Below are positions 40,660-54,545 of a DNA stretch of 64,000 nucleotides, one piece after another. How positions within the stretch are numbered: position 1 is the first letter of the stretch; each line of letters begins with the position of its first letter. The stretch spans positions 1,010,469 through 1,074,468 of the forward strand of contig CP070758.1 of assembly GCA_020348925.1 (NCBI GenBank), written 5' to 3'. Origin of the DNA: Gemmatimonadota bacterium. GTDB lineage: Bacteria > JBHIER01 > G020348925. The notes under the pieces are model-generated. The model made no database searches. It was given only the letters and a program-made list of their open reading frames with translations, and was not told where the DNA came from. A program made the translations under genes and the position numbers.

Positions 40660-42021
40660 CTACCCAACGCCCGTCCACTTGAGAAGGAGCGAGGCCAGAC
40701 CAAAGTAGATGACGAGACCGGTTATGTCATTGGACATAGTAACGAACGGACCACTGGCTAAAGCCGGATCGACCTTCAGTTTGTTGAAGAAGATTGGCAC
40801 TAAGATTCCCAAGGTCGCTGCGACCGTGATGGCGCAAAACATGGCACCCCCAACAATGATGCCAAGCAGCTCATTCCTCAACCAGAGAAAGACGACAAGG
40901 CTTACGGCCCCGCCGCATATGATTCCCATTAAAATTCCGATACGAAGCTCGCGCCACAACCGCCTCATCAGATGATGCATGTCGATCTCACCTGTGGCCA
41001 ATCCTCTGACGGTCATGCTCGAAGATTGCAAGCCAATATTCCCGCCCATAGCCGTGATGACGGGTATGAAAAAGGCCAATGCCAGCAGCGGTCCCAAGGT
41101 CTCTTTGAATCGACTAATGATGATACCCGACAGGACACCCCCGCAGAGGCTCGTAATAATCCACGGCAACCGCCAACCTGCGACCTTGAGAGCCGATGTT
41201 TCACCGATTTCCTCCTCATCCGTTCCCACCATCTTTGAGATATCCTCCGAGACTTCCTCTTCCAGGACGTCAATAATATCATCGATCGTAATCCTGCCCA
41301 CAAGGTTCCCCTGGTTGTTCACAACCGGAACGGCGACGAGATCGTATTTGCCGACGATGTTGGCCACTTCCTCCTGGTCCATATCGCTCGTGACACTCAT
41401 GACATCGGTTTCCATGATTGCAGAAATCTTTGTGGTAGGAGATGAGATAATAAGCTGTCTTAAAGGCAACACTCCGGTCAGTATTCCGTGCTCATCCGTA
41501 ACGTAAACATTGTAGATCTCCGAAATCTCTTCGGCCGCCTTGCGTATCTGCTCGATGGCCTCTGCCACCGTAGCCGTTTGCTGGACCGACACAAACTCCA
41601 GAGCCATAATGCCGCCGGCGGACTCCTCGGGATACTTCAGCAGTTCCTTCACTTCATCGGAATCCTGCTTGTCGATGGATTCGAGGATCGCCTCGGCCAC
41701 ATCGGACGGCAATTCGCCCACAATGTCCGTCGCATCGTCGGAGTCCATTTCTTCGACAATTTCAGAGAGTCGGTGCTCATCCATCCTTTCCAGCAGACTC
41801 TCCCGGTGTGCATCCTCAACCTCCAGGATCACATCGGAGGCCACCTCAGTATCCAACAGTTCAAAGATGTACCGCCGGTTCTCCTCAGAAAACTTATCCA
41901 AGAGATCGGCAATATCGGCGGGATGAAGGTCGGTCAGCAGGTTGGCAATGTGGCCTCTGGCATTCTGTTCGATCAAATCCTTGACGTCATCGACCAAACC
42001 TTGTACCTCTTGTTCTGTCAC
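40660..42021 (-). CDS. mgtE: Magnesium transporter MgtE
   Basis: HPADIAD, CBS pair, GGNIGLQS, DPALASGPFVT. Confidence 0.96.
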   Translation of the reverse strand: MTEQEVQGLVDDVKDLIEQNARGHIANLLTDLHPADIADLLDKFSEENRRYIFELLDTEVASDVILEVEDAHRESLLERMDEHRLSEIVEEMDSDDATDIVGELPSDVAEAILESIDKQDSDEVKELLKYPEESAGGIMALEFVSVQQTATVAEAIEQIRKAAEEISEIYNVYVTDEHGILTGVLPLRQLIISSPTTKISAIMETDVMSVTSDMDQEEVANIVGKYDLVAVPVVNNQGNLVGRITIDDIIDVLEEEVSEDISKMVGTDEEEIGETSALKVAGWRLPWIITSLCGGVLSGIIISRFKETLGPLLALAFFIPVITAMGGNIGLQSSSMTVRGLATGEIDMHHLMRRLWRELRIGILMGIICGGAVSLVVFLWLRNELLGIIVGGAMFCAITVAATLGILVPIFFNKLKVDPALASGPFVTMSNDITGLVIYFGLASLLLKWTGVG

Positions 42022-42724
42022 AGTGCGGATCCTTTATTGGATTCTGTCGGCGGTGATTTCTTTATGATTGTGCTGCTCTCTTGGTCCCTCGTCGAGAGAG
42101 GTGAGGGTCATTTTTTCTTGGCCCTCTCTATTTTTATAAGGCACAACCGTTCCCCCGGAGATAACGAGTTTCAAGGCTTCCTCGATTGTCATATCAAGAG
42201 GTGTAATTTCGGTTTTGGGGACGAGGAGGAGAAACCCCGATGTGGGATTCGGGGTCGTAGGGAGGAACACATTGCACATCTCGGTTTCGGTTCTCTCCTG
42301 GACCTCCCCTTTGCTGTCTGAGGTTAAAAACCCAATGGCAAAAATGCCTTTGCGGGGATACTCAACGAGGACCGCTTTGCGGAAAACGGATCTCTTCTCT
42401 GTCAAGAACGCTTGACTGATCTGCTGGACCGCGGTGTATATTCGATTAAAAATTGGGATCCGGATCATTATGTTGTCGCCCAATTCTATAAACTTCTTAC
42501 CGACAAAGTTCCTGGTCAACATACCGGTAAAAATGATTAACAGCACAAGTGTCACGAAACCCAGTCCCGGGACCCTACGACCGATGAGATCGAAGAATCC
42601 CCATTCGGTGAGCAACCCACTCAGGAGACCATCGATTTTGAAGAAGAGCTGCCAGAAGACGTAGGCCGTGACGACGATGGGCGTCAGGACAACCAGCCCG
42701 GTAAGAAAATGGGTGCGCAGCCGT

Positions 42725-44466
<1,742 letters not shown>

Positions 44467-45046
44467 TCAGCTGTAAAAATCTTCATAATGTAGTAATAAC
44501 GTTGGAACTTGTCAAGAATGAAAGACGGAACTCGGAAGAAAGAAAGGGGTTTATCATTTGAATGATGAAAACAGTGACAGGCCACTCAGGGACAACTCCA
44601 GTCCGTATTTTTTCAAAATTTCCTCGCCTTCCCAAACGCTGTCTGGGAAATCACATGCGGGGATAATTGTGCTTTCCTCACAGCTTCCGTTGTCCAGCAT
44701 GAGTTTGGAAACGAAGGAACCTCAGCCACGGATCTCAACCGCGCCTGACCTGCCACGCCTGTTGAATCATCCATCGGAGGATCAAAACATCACGACGCTT
44801 CCTCATCTTTGGATCTTCTCTTTATCCTCAGAACAGAAAAGCATTCAGGTATGATTCTCCTTGAAAGCGAAGGTGGTTTTTAGTAATGATCACATCAACG
44901 ATTTCATTATAAATGAAAGATCGACTCATCCGACAGGGCCGGCAATCTGCAGGCTTGAGTTTGATCTCGCCTCTCCAATCTTAGGTTGCCGGTTTTGGAG
45001 CGGATGCCCACTTGAAATCAAAGTGTTCGGAAATTTCTCGATCCCC

Positions 45047-45739
45047 TTATTGCGTTCCACCGAAATAAAATTTTACTCCTGCTTCGAGAGTAGCAAATGT
45101 TGTTGCTTCGTCTTCCGTAAAGATGCCGTGCCCTTTGACTCCAACATGGAATGATGTCCTTGTGCTGACAAAGCTCTCAACTCCAAAGCCGGTGTTCAAC
45201 CCAAATTTGTTCTCCGAATCATACGTCTCGGTTATATCCGCCTGGTAAAGAGAGTCGGAAGGGCAATCGATCTGGAGGGATGCTTCAATATCGCTCCAGC
45301 TCAGGTTGTAGAGACCCAGTCCGCCCGAAAAGTACAGATTCGTTTTCCCCCCTTCTTGAATTGGCAAGCTGATAACTGCATTTGCTGTAAATCCTAATAT
45401 TTTTGAGTCATACCCATCAACAGAATAGTCCAAAACGTAGCACTCATCGCCGTCATCGTATTCGGGAGGCACGTCCCACAACTCCGACGTTTTCGCCTCA
45501 AAGGTATGATAGACATTATTCAATTCGATTGCCACCATGTCGGTGACATTGTACCTTACAAGCATTCCGAAGTTGTAACCCAATTTCCAATAGTCATTAA
45601 AAGAGTCAGGGTCTCCCGGGTAAGCGAGTCCACCCTTGAATCCTATACCAAAGGTTTTCGGTGTCATCTGGGCGTTGCCAACCGAAACCGTCAGTACAAA
45701 CACCGAAACAGTTAAGAAAGCGAATATCAAGCGCTTCAT
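45047..45739 (-). CDS. Outer membrane beta-barrel protein (OmpA-like transmembrane domain)
   Basis: Signal peptide, amphipathic strands, C-terminal GVKFYF; upstream TTGACA-17-TATATT at 45906-45878. Confidence 0.8.
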   Translation of the reverse strand: MKRLIFAFLTVSVFVLTVSVGNAQMTPKTFGIGFKGGLAYPGDPDSFNDYWKLGYNFGMLVRYNVTDMVAIELNNVYHTFEAKTSELWDVPPEYDDGDECYVLDYSVDGYDSKILGFTANAVISLPIQEGGKTNLYFSGGLGLYNLSWSDIEASLQIDCPSDSLYQADITETYDSENKFGLNTGFGVESFVSTRTSFHVGVKGHGIFTEDEATTFATLEAGVKFYFGGTQ

Positions 45740-46129
45740 TGATCCACCTCCGTCGGGTTAGTGTGAATGAAGAGAAGAATAAGATTGAATATTCAAATGG
45801 GAAAAAGTGTTCCCTTTTTCTCACCTCCTTTCTTTCGGGGGGTCTGAATACTACGACACAGAGATTTTTTCTCCCCCAATATATCATATTTACATGTGGT
45901 TGTCAATCATTTTAAAAATCCACACGCGTCTTTCAAGAGCTGCCCGAATGGCTCTAAAACGGTTCGCAGTAACCGGTCATTTTTTTAATTGGGGAGCGTT
46001 CAAATGTGCTGATGCTGATGCACTCAAACAGCATTTTGGCCTTATCCAAATGAGCGGGCCAACGTTTCTACCGCTCTCAGTGTTTGAAGTTTCAAGAACT
46101 CCAGGAATGTCATCGTTTCCCACAAGGCA

Positions 46130-46858
46130 TCAATGAAGCGAAATCCCGAAGTCGCTCATGATCTCGAAAATCTCACTCAAATTCCAAATTGTATAATCAG
46201 GAACATCCGAAGAGGCATCCGGAGAATTGGGAAACCAGATGGCCGTCATCCCCACGTTCTTCGCCCCATTGACATCCCGTTCAAGATTGTCACCGATGTG
46301 GATTGCCTCAGGTCCGGTGCACTGCGCCTTGGAGAGAGCCAGTCTGAATATCCGAGGATCGGGCTTCCAGGCACCGGCTTCCTCGGAACTGGTCAGCGTG
46401 TCAAAGTATTCGATAATCCCCAAGCGCGTCAATGCATCGGTCATAAAATCATGATCGATATCGCTGATTAAGCCTACGTGGAGTCCTTTTCCCCAGAGAG
46501 CCCGCAGCACACCTTCAGCCTCCGGATATAACCGCAGATACGTGTGGTGTTTCTCAAGATAGACCTGATGAAACCAAAGATATTCCTCCTCACTTGAAGG
46601 CAGCCCCAGATACCCCATGACGTGGTCATAAGACCTGCGTATGATCTCCCGTCCCAATAGAAGTTGTTTCCCCGGCGGTTTTCGATTCAGCGTTCCAATG
46701 AACCGGTTGAGTTCACCTGTCAACTCCTCAACACGCTCTTTCACACCGTATCTATCCCTGAAGGTTCTCATCATCTCCGTGTGCGCTTTCCGGTCACTTT
46801 CGTAATCCATAAGTGTCCCGCCGAAATCGAAAAAGATGGCCGTTTTCTTTTTAGACAT
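46130..46858 (-). CDS. HAD-family hydrolase
   Basis: FFDFGGTL, KPDPRIF, HIGDNLERDV.GA. Confidence 0.92.
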   Translation of the reverse strand: MSKKKTAIFFDFGGTLMDYESDRKAHTEMMRTFRDRYGVKERVEELTGELNRFIGTLNRKPPGKQLLLGREIIRRSYDHVMGYLGLPSSEEEYLWFHQVYLEKHHTYLRLYPEAEGVLRALWGKGLHVGLISDIDHDFMTDALTRLGIIEYFDTLTSSEEAGAWKPDPRIFRLALSKAQCTGPEAIHIGDNLERDVNGAKNVGMTAIWFPNSPDASSDVPDYTIWNLSEIFEIMSDFGISLH

Positions 46859-47161
46859 GATTGCTCCTTTCTACCCATTCGGGTTGTCCGTCATTGAAAA
46901 AGAAGGGTACAGTATCGAAAACTGAATGTCAAGACTTTTCGAAAAATTATCTGTTTGCATATTCAAACTGCTATCCCCTTTGCGACCATAAAGCTCTGCA
47001 CCGCTTTTTTAGTATCGAAACCATCATGTCTCATGCCCCCCCTTCTTTCGGCTTTTAAAAAACGGTTGACTCTTCTCGGTGTTTCAGTTATTTTACACGA
47101 ACCTTGAAAACGAATTCGCACTTGTTAGAAAGAGACCTGCTACAAAAGGATAGGGAGGCTT

Positions 47162-48472
47162 ATGGTTGATATGGACAAACTCGTTTCTCTCTGCAAAAGG
47201 AGAGGTTTTATTTTCCCCAGCAGTGAAATCTACGGCGGGCTGGGAAGCTGTTGGGATTACGGTCCCTTGGGTGTTGAGATGAAGAACAACGTCAAGGCGG
47301 AATGGTGGCGCTCTGTTGTTCGGGAGCGGAACGATATGGTCGGACTGGACAGCTCTATTCTGATGCACCCCAAAATATGGGAGGCCTCCGGGCACGTCGA
47401 GAGCTTCACGGATCCCCTGGTGGACTGCAAATCCTGCAAAGTCCGCTTCAAAGCCGACGATCTGGATGGTGATGTCTGCCCCAAGTGCGGGGGTGAATTG
47501 ACGGAACCGCGTCTGTTCAACCTCATGTTCAAGACCTTCATGGGACCGGTGGAGAACGACGCCTCGGTGATCTTTCTCAGACCGGAGACGGCCCAGGGGA
47601 TCTTCGTCAATTTTAGTAATGTTATGACAGCATCGAGACAGAAATTACCCTTCGGCATCGCCCAGATCGGGAAATCCTTTCGCAACGAGATCACTCCGGG
47701 GAACTTCATCTTCCGCACCCGGGAGTTCGAGCAGATGGAGATTGAATTTTTTGTCAAGCCGGGCACTGACGCCGAGTGGTACGATTACTGGGCCAGGGAG
47801 CGCTTCAACTGGTATATTCATCTTGGAATCAAGGAGGAAAATATCAAACAGCAAGAACATGGGAAAGATGAGCTCGCGCACTACGCCAAATCCTGCGTGG
47901 ACGTCGTCTACCATTTCCCCTTCGGTTGGTCCGAGCTTGAGGGCATCGCCAACCGGACCGACTACGACCTGAAGCAGCACGCCCAGTACAGCGGCAAGGA
48001 GCTCACCTTCTTCGATCAGGAGGCCAACGAACATGTCGTCCCCTATGTTATCGAGCCTTCCGCCGGTGTGGATCGTTCCATGCTGGCTTTTCTCTGCGAT
48101 GCGTACGATGAAGAGCCGGAGCGCGTGGTTCTGCGGCTCCATCCCAGGCTGGCCCCTTTCAAGGCCGCCATTTTCCCCTTGGTCAAGCGAGACGGCATGC
48201 CGGAGAAGGCCAGAGAGATCGAACGAATGCTCCAGTCCCAATTCAACGTTTTTTACGACGAGAGCGGTTCTGTGGGACGACGGTACAGACGCCAGGATGA
48301 AGCGGGAACGCCCTTCTGTATCACCGTCGATTCGCAGACGACTGAAGATGACACGGTCACACTGCGGGATAGAGACAGTATGGAACAGGTACGGTTACCT
48401 GTTGCAAATTTGTGTCAGGCTTTGATGGAGAGACTGAATCCCTCTCCTGTCTTCAGTACTCAAGAGTCTTAG
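47162..48472 (+). CDS. glyS: Glycine--tRNA ligase, homodimeric type
   Basis: [39 protein letters not shown]. Confidence 0.96.
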   Translation: MVDMDKLVSLCKRRGFIFPSSEIYGGLGSCWDYGPLGVEMKNNVKAEWWRSVVRERNDMVGLDSSILMHPKIWEASGHVESFTDPLVDCKSCKVRFKADDLDGDVCPKCGGELTEPRLFNLMFKTFMGPVENDASVIFLRPETAQGIFVNFSNVMTASRQKLPFGIAQIGKSFRNEITPGNFIFRTREFEQMEIEFFVKPGTDAEWYDYWARERFNWYIHLGIKEENIKQQEHGKDELAHYAKSCVDVVYHFPFGWSELEGIANRTDYDLKQHAQYSGKELTFFDQEANEHVVPYVIEPSAGVDRSMLAFLCDAYDEEPERVVLRLHPRLAPFKAAIFPLVKRDGMPEKAREIERMLQSQFNVFYDESGSVGRRYRRQDEAGTPFCITVDSQTTEDDTVTLRDRDSMEQVRLPVANLCQALMERLNPSPVFSTQES

Positions 48473-48540
48473 AGGGAGGATATTTTTTTTAGTATTCATT
48501 TGGCAATTTTCATTGTTCACTTTTCAATTGGACACTTTTC

Positions 48541-49299
48541 ATGAAAGGCGTTGTTCTTGCCGGAGGCTTGGGCACACGGCTCGGTCCTCTCACCCGAATT
48601 ACGAACAAGCACCTTCTGCCGATCTACGATCGGCCGATGATCTACTATCCCATTCAGACCCTCGTCGATGCCGGCATCAATGAAATCCTCATCGTCACCG
48701 GCGGTAACTGGGCCGGGGATTTTCTTCGTCTCCTGGGTAATGGGAAAGAATTCGGTCTGAGAAACTTGGACTACACGTATCAGGATGGCGAGAAAGGCAT
48801 TGCACATGCTCTGGCACTGGCTGAACATTTTGCCGATGAAGACTTCATTACGGTAATACTGGGCGACAATATCATCGATGGGAGCATCCGACCTTTTGTG
48901 GACAATTTTAAGAACAAAAACCGGGGAGCAAAGATCGTGCTCAAAAAAGTTGAACATCCCGAGAGATTCGGTGTCGCCCAGTTCGAAGGCGACACGCTGG
49001 TCCGGATTGTCGAAAAACCCATCGAACCTCCATCCCCTTATGCCGTCACGGGGATCTACATGTACGATTCCGATGTCTTCGATATTATCCGGGATCTGGC
49101 ACCCTCGGAACGGGGCCAATTGGAGATCACCGACGTCAATAATGCCTACATTGAAAGGGGAACCTTAACATACGACATCTATGATGGCTGGTGGACCGAT
49201 GCCGGCACCTTCGAATCCCTTTTTCATGCCAACACGCATATTGCCCGACAACACATCGCCTCGGAATCTGCATCTCCTGATAAAAACATACTCTCTTGA
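48541..49299 (+). CDS. Sugar-phosphate nucleotidyltransferase (RmlA/SpsI-like)
   Basis: LAGGLGTRL, KHLLPIYD, RGQLEITD, WTDAGT. Confidence 0.92.
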   Translation: MKGVVLAGGLGTRLGPLTRITNKHLLPIYDRPMIYYPIQTLVDAGINEILIVTGGNWAGDFLRLLGNGKEFGLRNLDYTYQDGEKGIAHALALAEHFADEDFITVILGDNIIDGSIRPFVDNFKNKNRGAKIVLKKVEHPERFGVAQFEGDTLVRIVEKPIEPPSPYAVTGIYMYDSDVFDIIRDLAPSERGQLEITDVNNAYIERGTLTYDIYDGWWTDAGTFESLFHANTHIARQHIASESASPDKNILS

Positions 49300-50930
49300 T
49301 GAGGAGTCCTTTGAAAAAGAAACCGCTATTTTTCAACCTCCTTCTTCTTTCCATCTTTTTTTCATCGATTGCGTCCCCTCAGTCGTACAACGTTCCGGGT
49401 GACCATCCGTCGTACGATTTTATCGAGCGTATGGAGACAAAGGGCGTTCTGAAGAAGCTCTTCGACGAAACGCGGCCCATATCCAGAGGGAACATGGCTG
49501 AAGCGCTCAAAGAAGTGATCGAAGCCGTGAACAGGGGAGATCCAAGAATAACGGCCACAGATCAAGAGGAGTTGAAATGGCTGAAGCGGGAGTTTTGGTT
49601 TGAACTTGATCGAAGGGGAATCGATCCTGAGGTCGGGGAGGAACGGCATGTCTATAAGTGGGCGGAAAATGATAATCATCTCACAGGGGACATCCTCTTT
49701 TCTCAGCAGGCCATATTCCGCCGTTCGCAGGGCCGCACGAACCGTTTCCTCGAAACATCGGGGGGAGGAAAGGTGCGGGGTGGCTTGAAGGACGGCCTCT
49801 TTTTCTCCGTTGAATTTCGGCATGCGCAGGTGAATTCCAACAAGGATGATCTCACCAAGGAGGACTTCGGCCATAAGGGTTTCTTCAGCCGGAGAGGCGA
49901 CTACGGCTACTATGATGTCACCAACGCCTCAGGCATCTTGAAGCTTCCCTGGTTCGAATTTGAGGTTGGCAAGGAGGCCCTCTCCTGGGGCCCCGGTGTT
50001 CGAGGCAATCTTTCTCTTTCGACAAACGTGCCGCCATTTGATTTTATTGCTTTTCGAGCTCAGTATGGAGCATTCAAGTATACCCATGTGACCGGATTTC
50101 TCAAGACAGATGTCGTCGATTCCCTCATGTCGTACCGAACACCTGAGGGCTTCGAGCGGGAGAACTACTCGAGTAAATATTTGGCCTGTCACCGTCTGGA
50201 GATGACGCTTCCCTGGAGGATTGATATCGGGGTTAACGAGGCCGTCATCTACGGAGAACGCGGTTTGGACGCTGCCTATCTCAATCCCCTCATGTTCTTC
50301 TGGTCGGCCCAGCACCACTGGGGCGACCGGGACAACGAGACCATGGGGGCGGATATTGAAGTCAATGCCTTCGACGGCTATAGCTTCTACGGAGCGATCT
50401 TTGTGGACGAATTGTATCTGAAAGGATTCTTCAACGGCGATCCGAGAAACAAAATCGGATTTCAATTGGGTGCCTTTGCCGTTGATCCCCTATCTCTTGA
50501 AAATGTGGATCTTCGTATCGAATATGCCAAGGTCATGCCGGCCGTCTACAGCCACAAATTTGCCATCAACACGTACGTCCATTACGACGAAGTTCTGGGG
50601 CACTGGTTGAGGGAGAACGGCGATGATCTTTACTTCGAGGGTCGATATCGATTATCCAGAGAGTTACAGTTTCTACTTTTTGCTGGACATACACGTAGCG
50701 GTGAACCGGCGGTGCAGCCCGACGCCCATTCCGATCCGAATAAGTTTCCCTTCCTCTATGGCACTGTGGAGCGAACGGACTATTCCGGCTGCCGGATTTC
50801 GTATCAACCCGTGCACAAAATTAATTTTGTATTCAATTATACTTACAGGGATATCGAAAACAAGGACCACATCTTCGGTGCAGACCGGATTGAAAATGAG
50901 TTTGTTGTAAGATTGCATATGGACTACTGA
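49296..50930 (+). CDS. Wzi-like (capsule assembly) outer membrane protein
   Basis: Signal peptide, SWGPG..LSLS.N.PP, HRLE, YLNP motifs. Confidence 0.7.
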   Translation: MMRSPLKKKPLFFNLLLLSIFFSSIASPQSYNVPGDHPSYDFIERMETKGVLKKLFDETRPISRGNMAEALKEVIEAVNRGDPRITATDQEELKWLKREFWFELDRRGIDPEVGEERHVYKWAENDNHLTGDILFSQQAIFRRSQGRTNRFLETSGGGKVRGGLKDGLFFSVEFRHAQVNSNKDDLTKEDFGHKGFFSRRGDYGYYDVTNASGILKLPWFEFEVGKEALSWGPGVRGNLSLSTNVPPFDFIAFRAQYGAFKYTHVTGFLKTDVVDSLMSYRTPEGFERENYSSKYLACHRLEMTLPWRIDIGVNEAVIYGERGLDAAYLNPLMFFWSAQHHWGDRDNETMGADIEVNAFDGYSFYGAIFVDELYLKGFFNGDPRNKIGFQLGAFAVDPLSLENVDLRIEYAKVMPAVYSHKFAINTYVHYDEVLGHWLRENGDDLYFEGRYRLSRELQFLLFAGHTRSGEPAVQPDAHSDPNKFPFLYGTVERTDYSGCRISYQPVHKINFVFNYTYRDIENKDHIFGADRIENEFVVRLHMDY

Positions 50931-51033
50931 ACAATCTTTTTAAAAAAGTCTCAACACATTCTTTTTGAGTATGAGCATACATAAATTGAAGGTTCTTCTA
51001 AGAGGAGAGTTCGGACAATTGCTAAGATTGGAT

Positions 51034-52152
51034 TCAGGGAAGTCGAAACTGTGACATAAAACGCGTGTCTATACGATGTTTGAGGCGAAAAGCGAGCCTC
51101 CCGCTCCAGACAAGATATTTCCCCGCATAGATGCCCCTACCGTCCCCCATGTTCATAATAAGCCCGTAATTCCTCCTCGAACGAAATGGTTTCACCGGTC
51201 TTGCAGTTCTGTACGAGAGGAGATTTTGAAAGAGGATGGGGGCCTGACGGACCGCATAGACGCCTATCCGCCGGAATGGATGTCCCTCAACAGTGATGCA
51301 GTCACCTCCCCCGAAAATCTCAGGATACTCCACTGACTGGAGATATGCGCTGACCAGGAGCGCACCGTCCTCCGAGGTCCTCAAACCCGACCGCGCAAAG
51401 ATGGTCGGCGGGACGACGCCGGTGGCCAAAACGGCGACGTCACAGTCAAGACGTGTATCGGACCGGGAAACGACCGCCTTTCGATCGATCGACTGCACCC
51501 GAAAGTTGTCCAAAATGCGAATACCGCGTTTTGTCAAGGATTTTCTGGCAAGCCGACGTGCCCTCTGATGAAAAGCAGGCAAGAGACGATCGCCTGAATT
51601 CACAACAGCAATGTCCGCTCTCCCCTGATTCTCCTGAACAAGTCTCCAGATATTGCCTGCCAGTTCAACGCCGGCAGGGCCACCGCCTATGACACATATC
51701 TTCGGGGCACCTTTTCTCATTGTGTCCAGAACAGCCTTACGAATATTTTCCAGGTTCTCGATAGGCTTCACAGCAAAGGCGAAATCTTTCGCTCCGGATA
51801 TTCCTTCCAGGACGACGCGACTGCCGACGTTGAAAGAGACGAAATCATAATCGATCCTCTCTCCGCTCTCCAGGATCAACATCCGTTTCTCCGGATCTAT
51901 CGAATCGACCTTTCCTTTGACGAAATCCCCTCCCCCGGATTCAATCAGTGCCTTGACGTCAAAACGGATCTGCTCCGGTTCATACGTTCCTGAGAGCATA
52001 CCAGGTCCCATACCGGAATAGTAATGATGGCGGCTCGGAGCAATAAGAGTTGTCTCCACGCCCAAAGGAGGAAACCGGTGTGCATGCTTTAATGAATAAA
52101 GGTGTGCGTGTCCCCCTCCCACAAAAACCAGTCGCTTCTTTTCACGTACCAT
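51034..52152 (-). CDS. FAD/NAD(P)-dependent oxidoreductase (SelD N-terminal-like / NDH-2 family)
   Basis: GGGHAH, YSGMGPG, GGGPAGVE, GGGDC, GVYAVRQ. Confidence 0.9.
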   Translation of the reverse strand: MVREKKRLVFVGGGHAHLYSLKHAHRFPPLGVETTLIAPSRHHYYSGMGPGMLSGTYEPEQIRFDVKALIESGGGDFVKGKVDSIDPEKRMLILESGERIDYDFVSFNVGSRVVLEGISGAKDFAFAVKPIENLENIRKAVLDTMRKGAPKICVIGGGPAGVELAGNIWRLVQENQGRADIAVVNSGDRLLPAFHQRARRLARKSLTKRGIRILDNFRVQSIDRKAVVSRSDTRLDCDVAVLATGVVPPTIFARSGLRTSEDGALLVSAYLQSVEYPEIFGGGDCITVEGHPFRRIGVYAVRQAPILFQNLLSYRTARPVKPFRSRRNYGLIMNMGDGRGIYAGKYLVWSGRLAFRLKHRIDTRFMSQFRLP

Positions 52153-52338
52153 AGTTGAGCAATTTTATTTGTGTGCAAAGATTCAAACGACTCCTTTGCT
52201 TCGTTTCGCTCGCCATAACAGTCCGTAGGTTCCGGCTTCACCGCTCTGAATATTTATGAGTGCCTGTGAAAAAAAGTGCTAAACAGATGCAAGACAAAAG
52301 AGAACATCTTACCCTCGCACCCTATCCGTACCTCCTTA

Positions 52339-52690
52339 TTACGGCACACATTGGCCGATGCCCAGAACGACGTTGACTATGCCCAACGCATCCAGAACAT
52401 CGATTCCAGCATCACCATTGCAGTCGGCCCACACGAGTCCGTCGCCGCTCAACGGAACCGTCCCCAGAATGTGGTTTATGGTGGCCAGCACATCCAGAAT
52501 ATTGATGCTGCCGTCGTTGTTGACATCCCCACGAACCCCCTCCAACCAGGAAGGACTGAAGGTGATCCCGATGTTCTCCTCCCAACCCTTGGTCACGCGC
52601 ACTATCTCAGGCTCACCGGCACGACCCTCTATGGCTCCACCGCGACTCCGAGAACTGCCCTCGGCATAGTACATCCAGTTGCGATGAAAC
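52339..52690 (-). CDS. C-terminal fragment of dockerin-bearing protein
   Basis: GDVNNDGSINILD..ADCNGDAGIDVLD..GIGQCVP. Confidence 0.85.
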
Positions 52691-52790
52691 NNNNNNNNNN
52701 NNNNNNNNNNNNNNNNNNNNNNNNNNNNNNNNNNNNNNNNNNNNNNNNNNNNNNNNNNNNNNNNNNNNNNNNNNNNNNNNNNNNNNNNNN

Positions 52791-54454
52791 ACAATACCGA
52801 TAGCGTCCAAGATATCAACCTGCCCGTCATCATTGCAGTCGGCACGGTCCATCGTCTCCTCGTCCAAAAGAACGTGACCCAAAATGTGGTTCACAAGTAA
52901 CAGCACATCCGTCACATCGATCTCGCCATCACCGTCCGCATCACCGCGCAACACCTCCGGTTCAACAGGACCTCCTTTCGGTTCGGAGTTCCCCACGAAC
53001 AGAACGTTCTGTTCCCCATAATTGGCGATAACGACATCAAGGACACCGTCACCATTGACATCACCAAGTTTGACTGCAGCGCTCACATCCTTGATAGCGG
53101 GCAAGTGATTTGCCACTTCTTCAGCATAAAAACCGGAACCGGTATTGACGAGGAGGTGATTTTGTCGTCCCTCTGACATGAATTTGTTGTTGGCCACGAT
53201 GATGTCCAAATCACCATCACCATCGACATCCCCAAAATCCGCACCTCCCATACTCACGTCCTGTACCAGCGGGAGCCTCACATCTGTCTCATCCTCGAAC
53301 ATTCCCGCTCCATCATTGATCAGCAAGAAATTTTGTGAACCGTCTCGGCCGGGCCACACTGAGGTCGAATCGCTCGCCCAAAAAATATCAAGATCATCAT
53401 CATTGTCGGCATCGAAAAAGATGACGCCTCTGGTGCTATTTCCTCTGTGAGAAAGCCTCTCATGGGATTGATCGGTAAACCTACCGGAGCCATCGTTCAC
53501 CAGGATGCGGTTGTGTCCATAAGGGTTCGCAACCACAATGTCAACATCGCTATCGCCATCGATATCCCCTACGTCAAACCCAACATCAGAATAGAATCCG
53601 AGGGGCATCCTGACCCCCGTCTCATCGACGAAGAACCCCGAACCATCATTGATCAAGAGTGTTCCTTGTCCCCCTGCAACGAAAAAACAGCTGCCAGGCC
53701 TGATACTATTCATTACAATAATATCCAGATCGTCATCCCCATCCACATCCACACATTTTGCATCCGTGCTGGCTGCAATGAACTGGGGCAGCCGCAATTC
53801 CGTCTCGTCATAAAATACACCGGTACCGTCATTTATCAACAGACGGTTGTGGCCGCTGAGTATTTCACAATCCGGCACCTGAAAGGCAAAATTATTGGCG
53901 ACGAAAATATCAAAATCCCCATCATTATCGACATCGCCAAATTCCACTCCCAAGCTGAAATCATCGTCCCGAGGCAATCGATTTTTCGTCTCATCATTGA
54001 AAATACCGAAGCCGTCATTTATGTACAAACGATTCTGCTGGCCGTCGGTATTCGCCATCAAAATATCGAGATCGTCGTCACCGTCAACATCGCCGAGTTC
54101 AATATCAGTACTGAAATCGATCAAAGCTGGTAGCCTGAATTCGGTTTCGTCCAGAAAGAGCTGTTTTTCATTTTGAGTCACAGGGGGAATGCTCGATGGC
54201 GCCTGACGAGTTGCCGAAGGCTTGAACGGCAACTCCGAGGGAACAACGCTAAGGGTACATTGATGTCCGTCTTGAAAAGTACAGATCTTCTTGGGCGCAA
54301 CAATCGGCACTTCCCACATACGATGTGAAGCCGAATGATCCGAGGCGAACGATCCTGTGCCAAAACACAGACTGGTGACGATAATGAGAGCTGTAAGCAG
54401 AGAAAAACTTTTTCCCCTATTTCGTTCATTGAAAATTTTCATGGCGCTTGCCAT
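52791..54454 (-). CDS. FG-GAP/VCBS beta-propeller protein with C-terminal dockerin (cut by gap)
   Basis: Seven GDVDGDxDLDI repeats; GDADGDGEIDVTD..ADCNDDGQVDILD; GAGGTG RBS before 54454. Confidence 0.88.
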
Positions 54455-54545
54455 ATTCACCTCGTTCGTCGCCACTCTTCGTTGGACAGCACTTCTCAAT
54501 CTTTCGGATATAAAAGAAAAGCCGAGCTGCAAGAAGTAACAATGA

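Noticed and set aside
44558-45040. Short ORFs in the eno upstream region
   Set aside because: No recognisable motifs or RBS; cannot be supported.
52190-52270. Possible structured leader upstream of the FAD oxidoreductase
   Set aside because: No convincing match to a riboswitch consensus.
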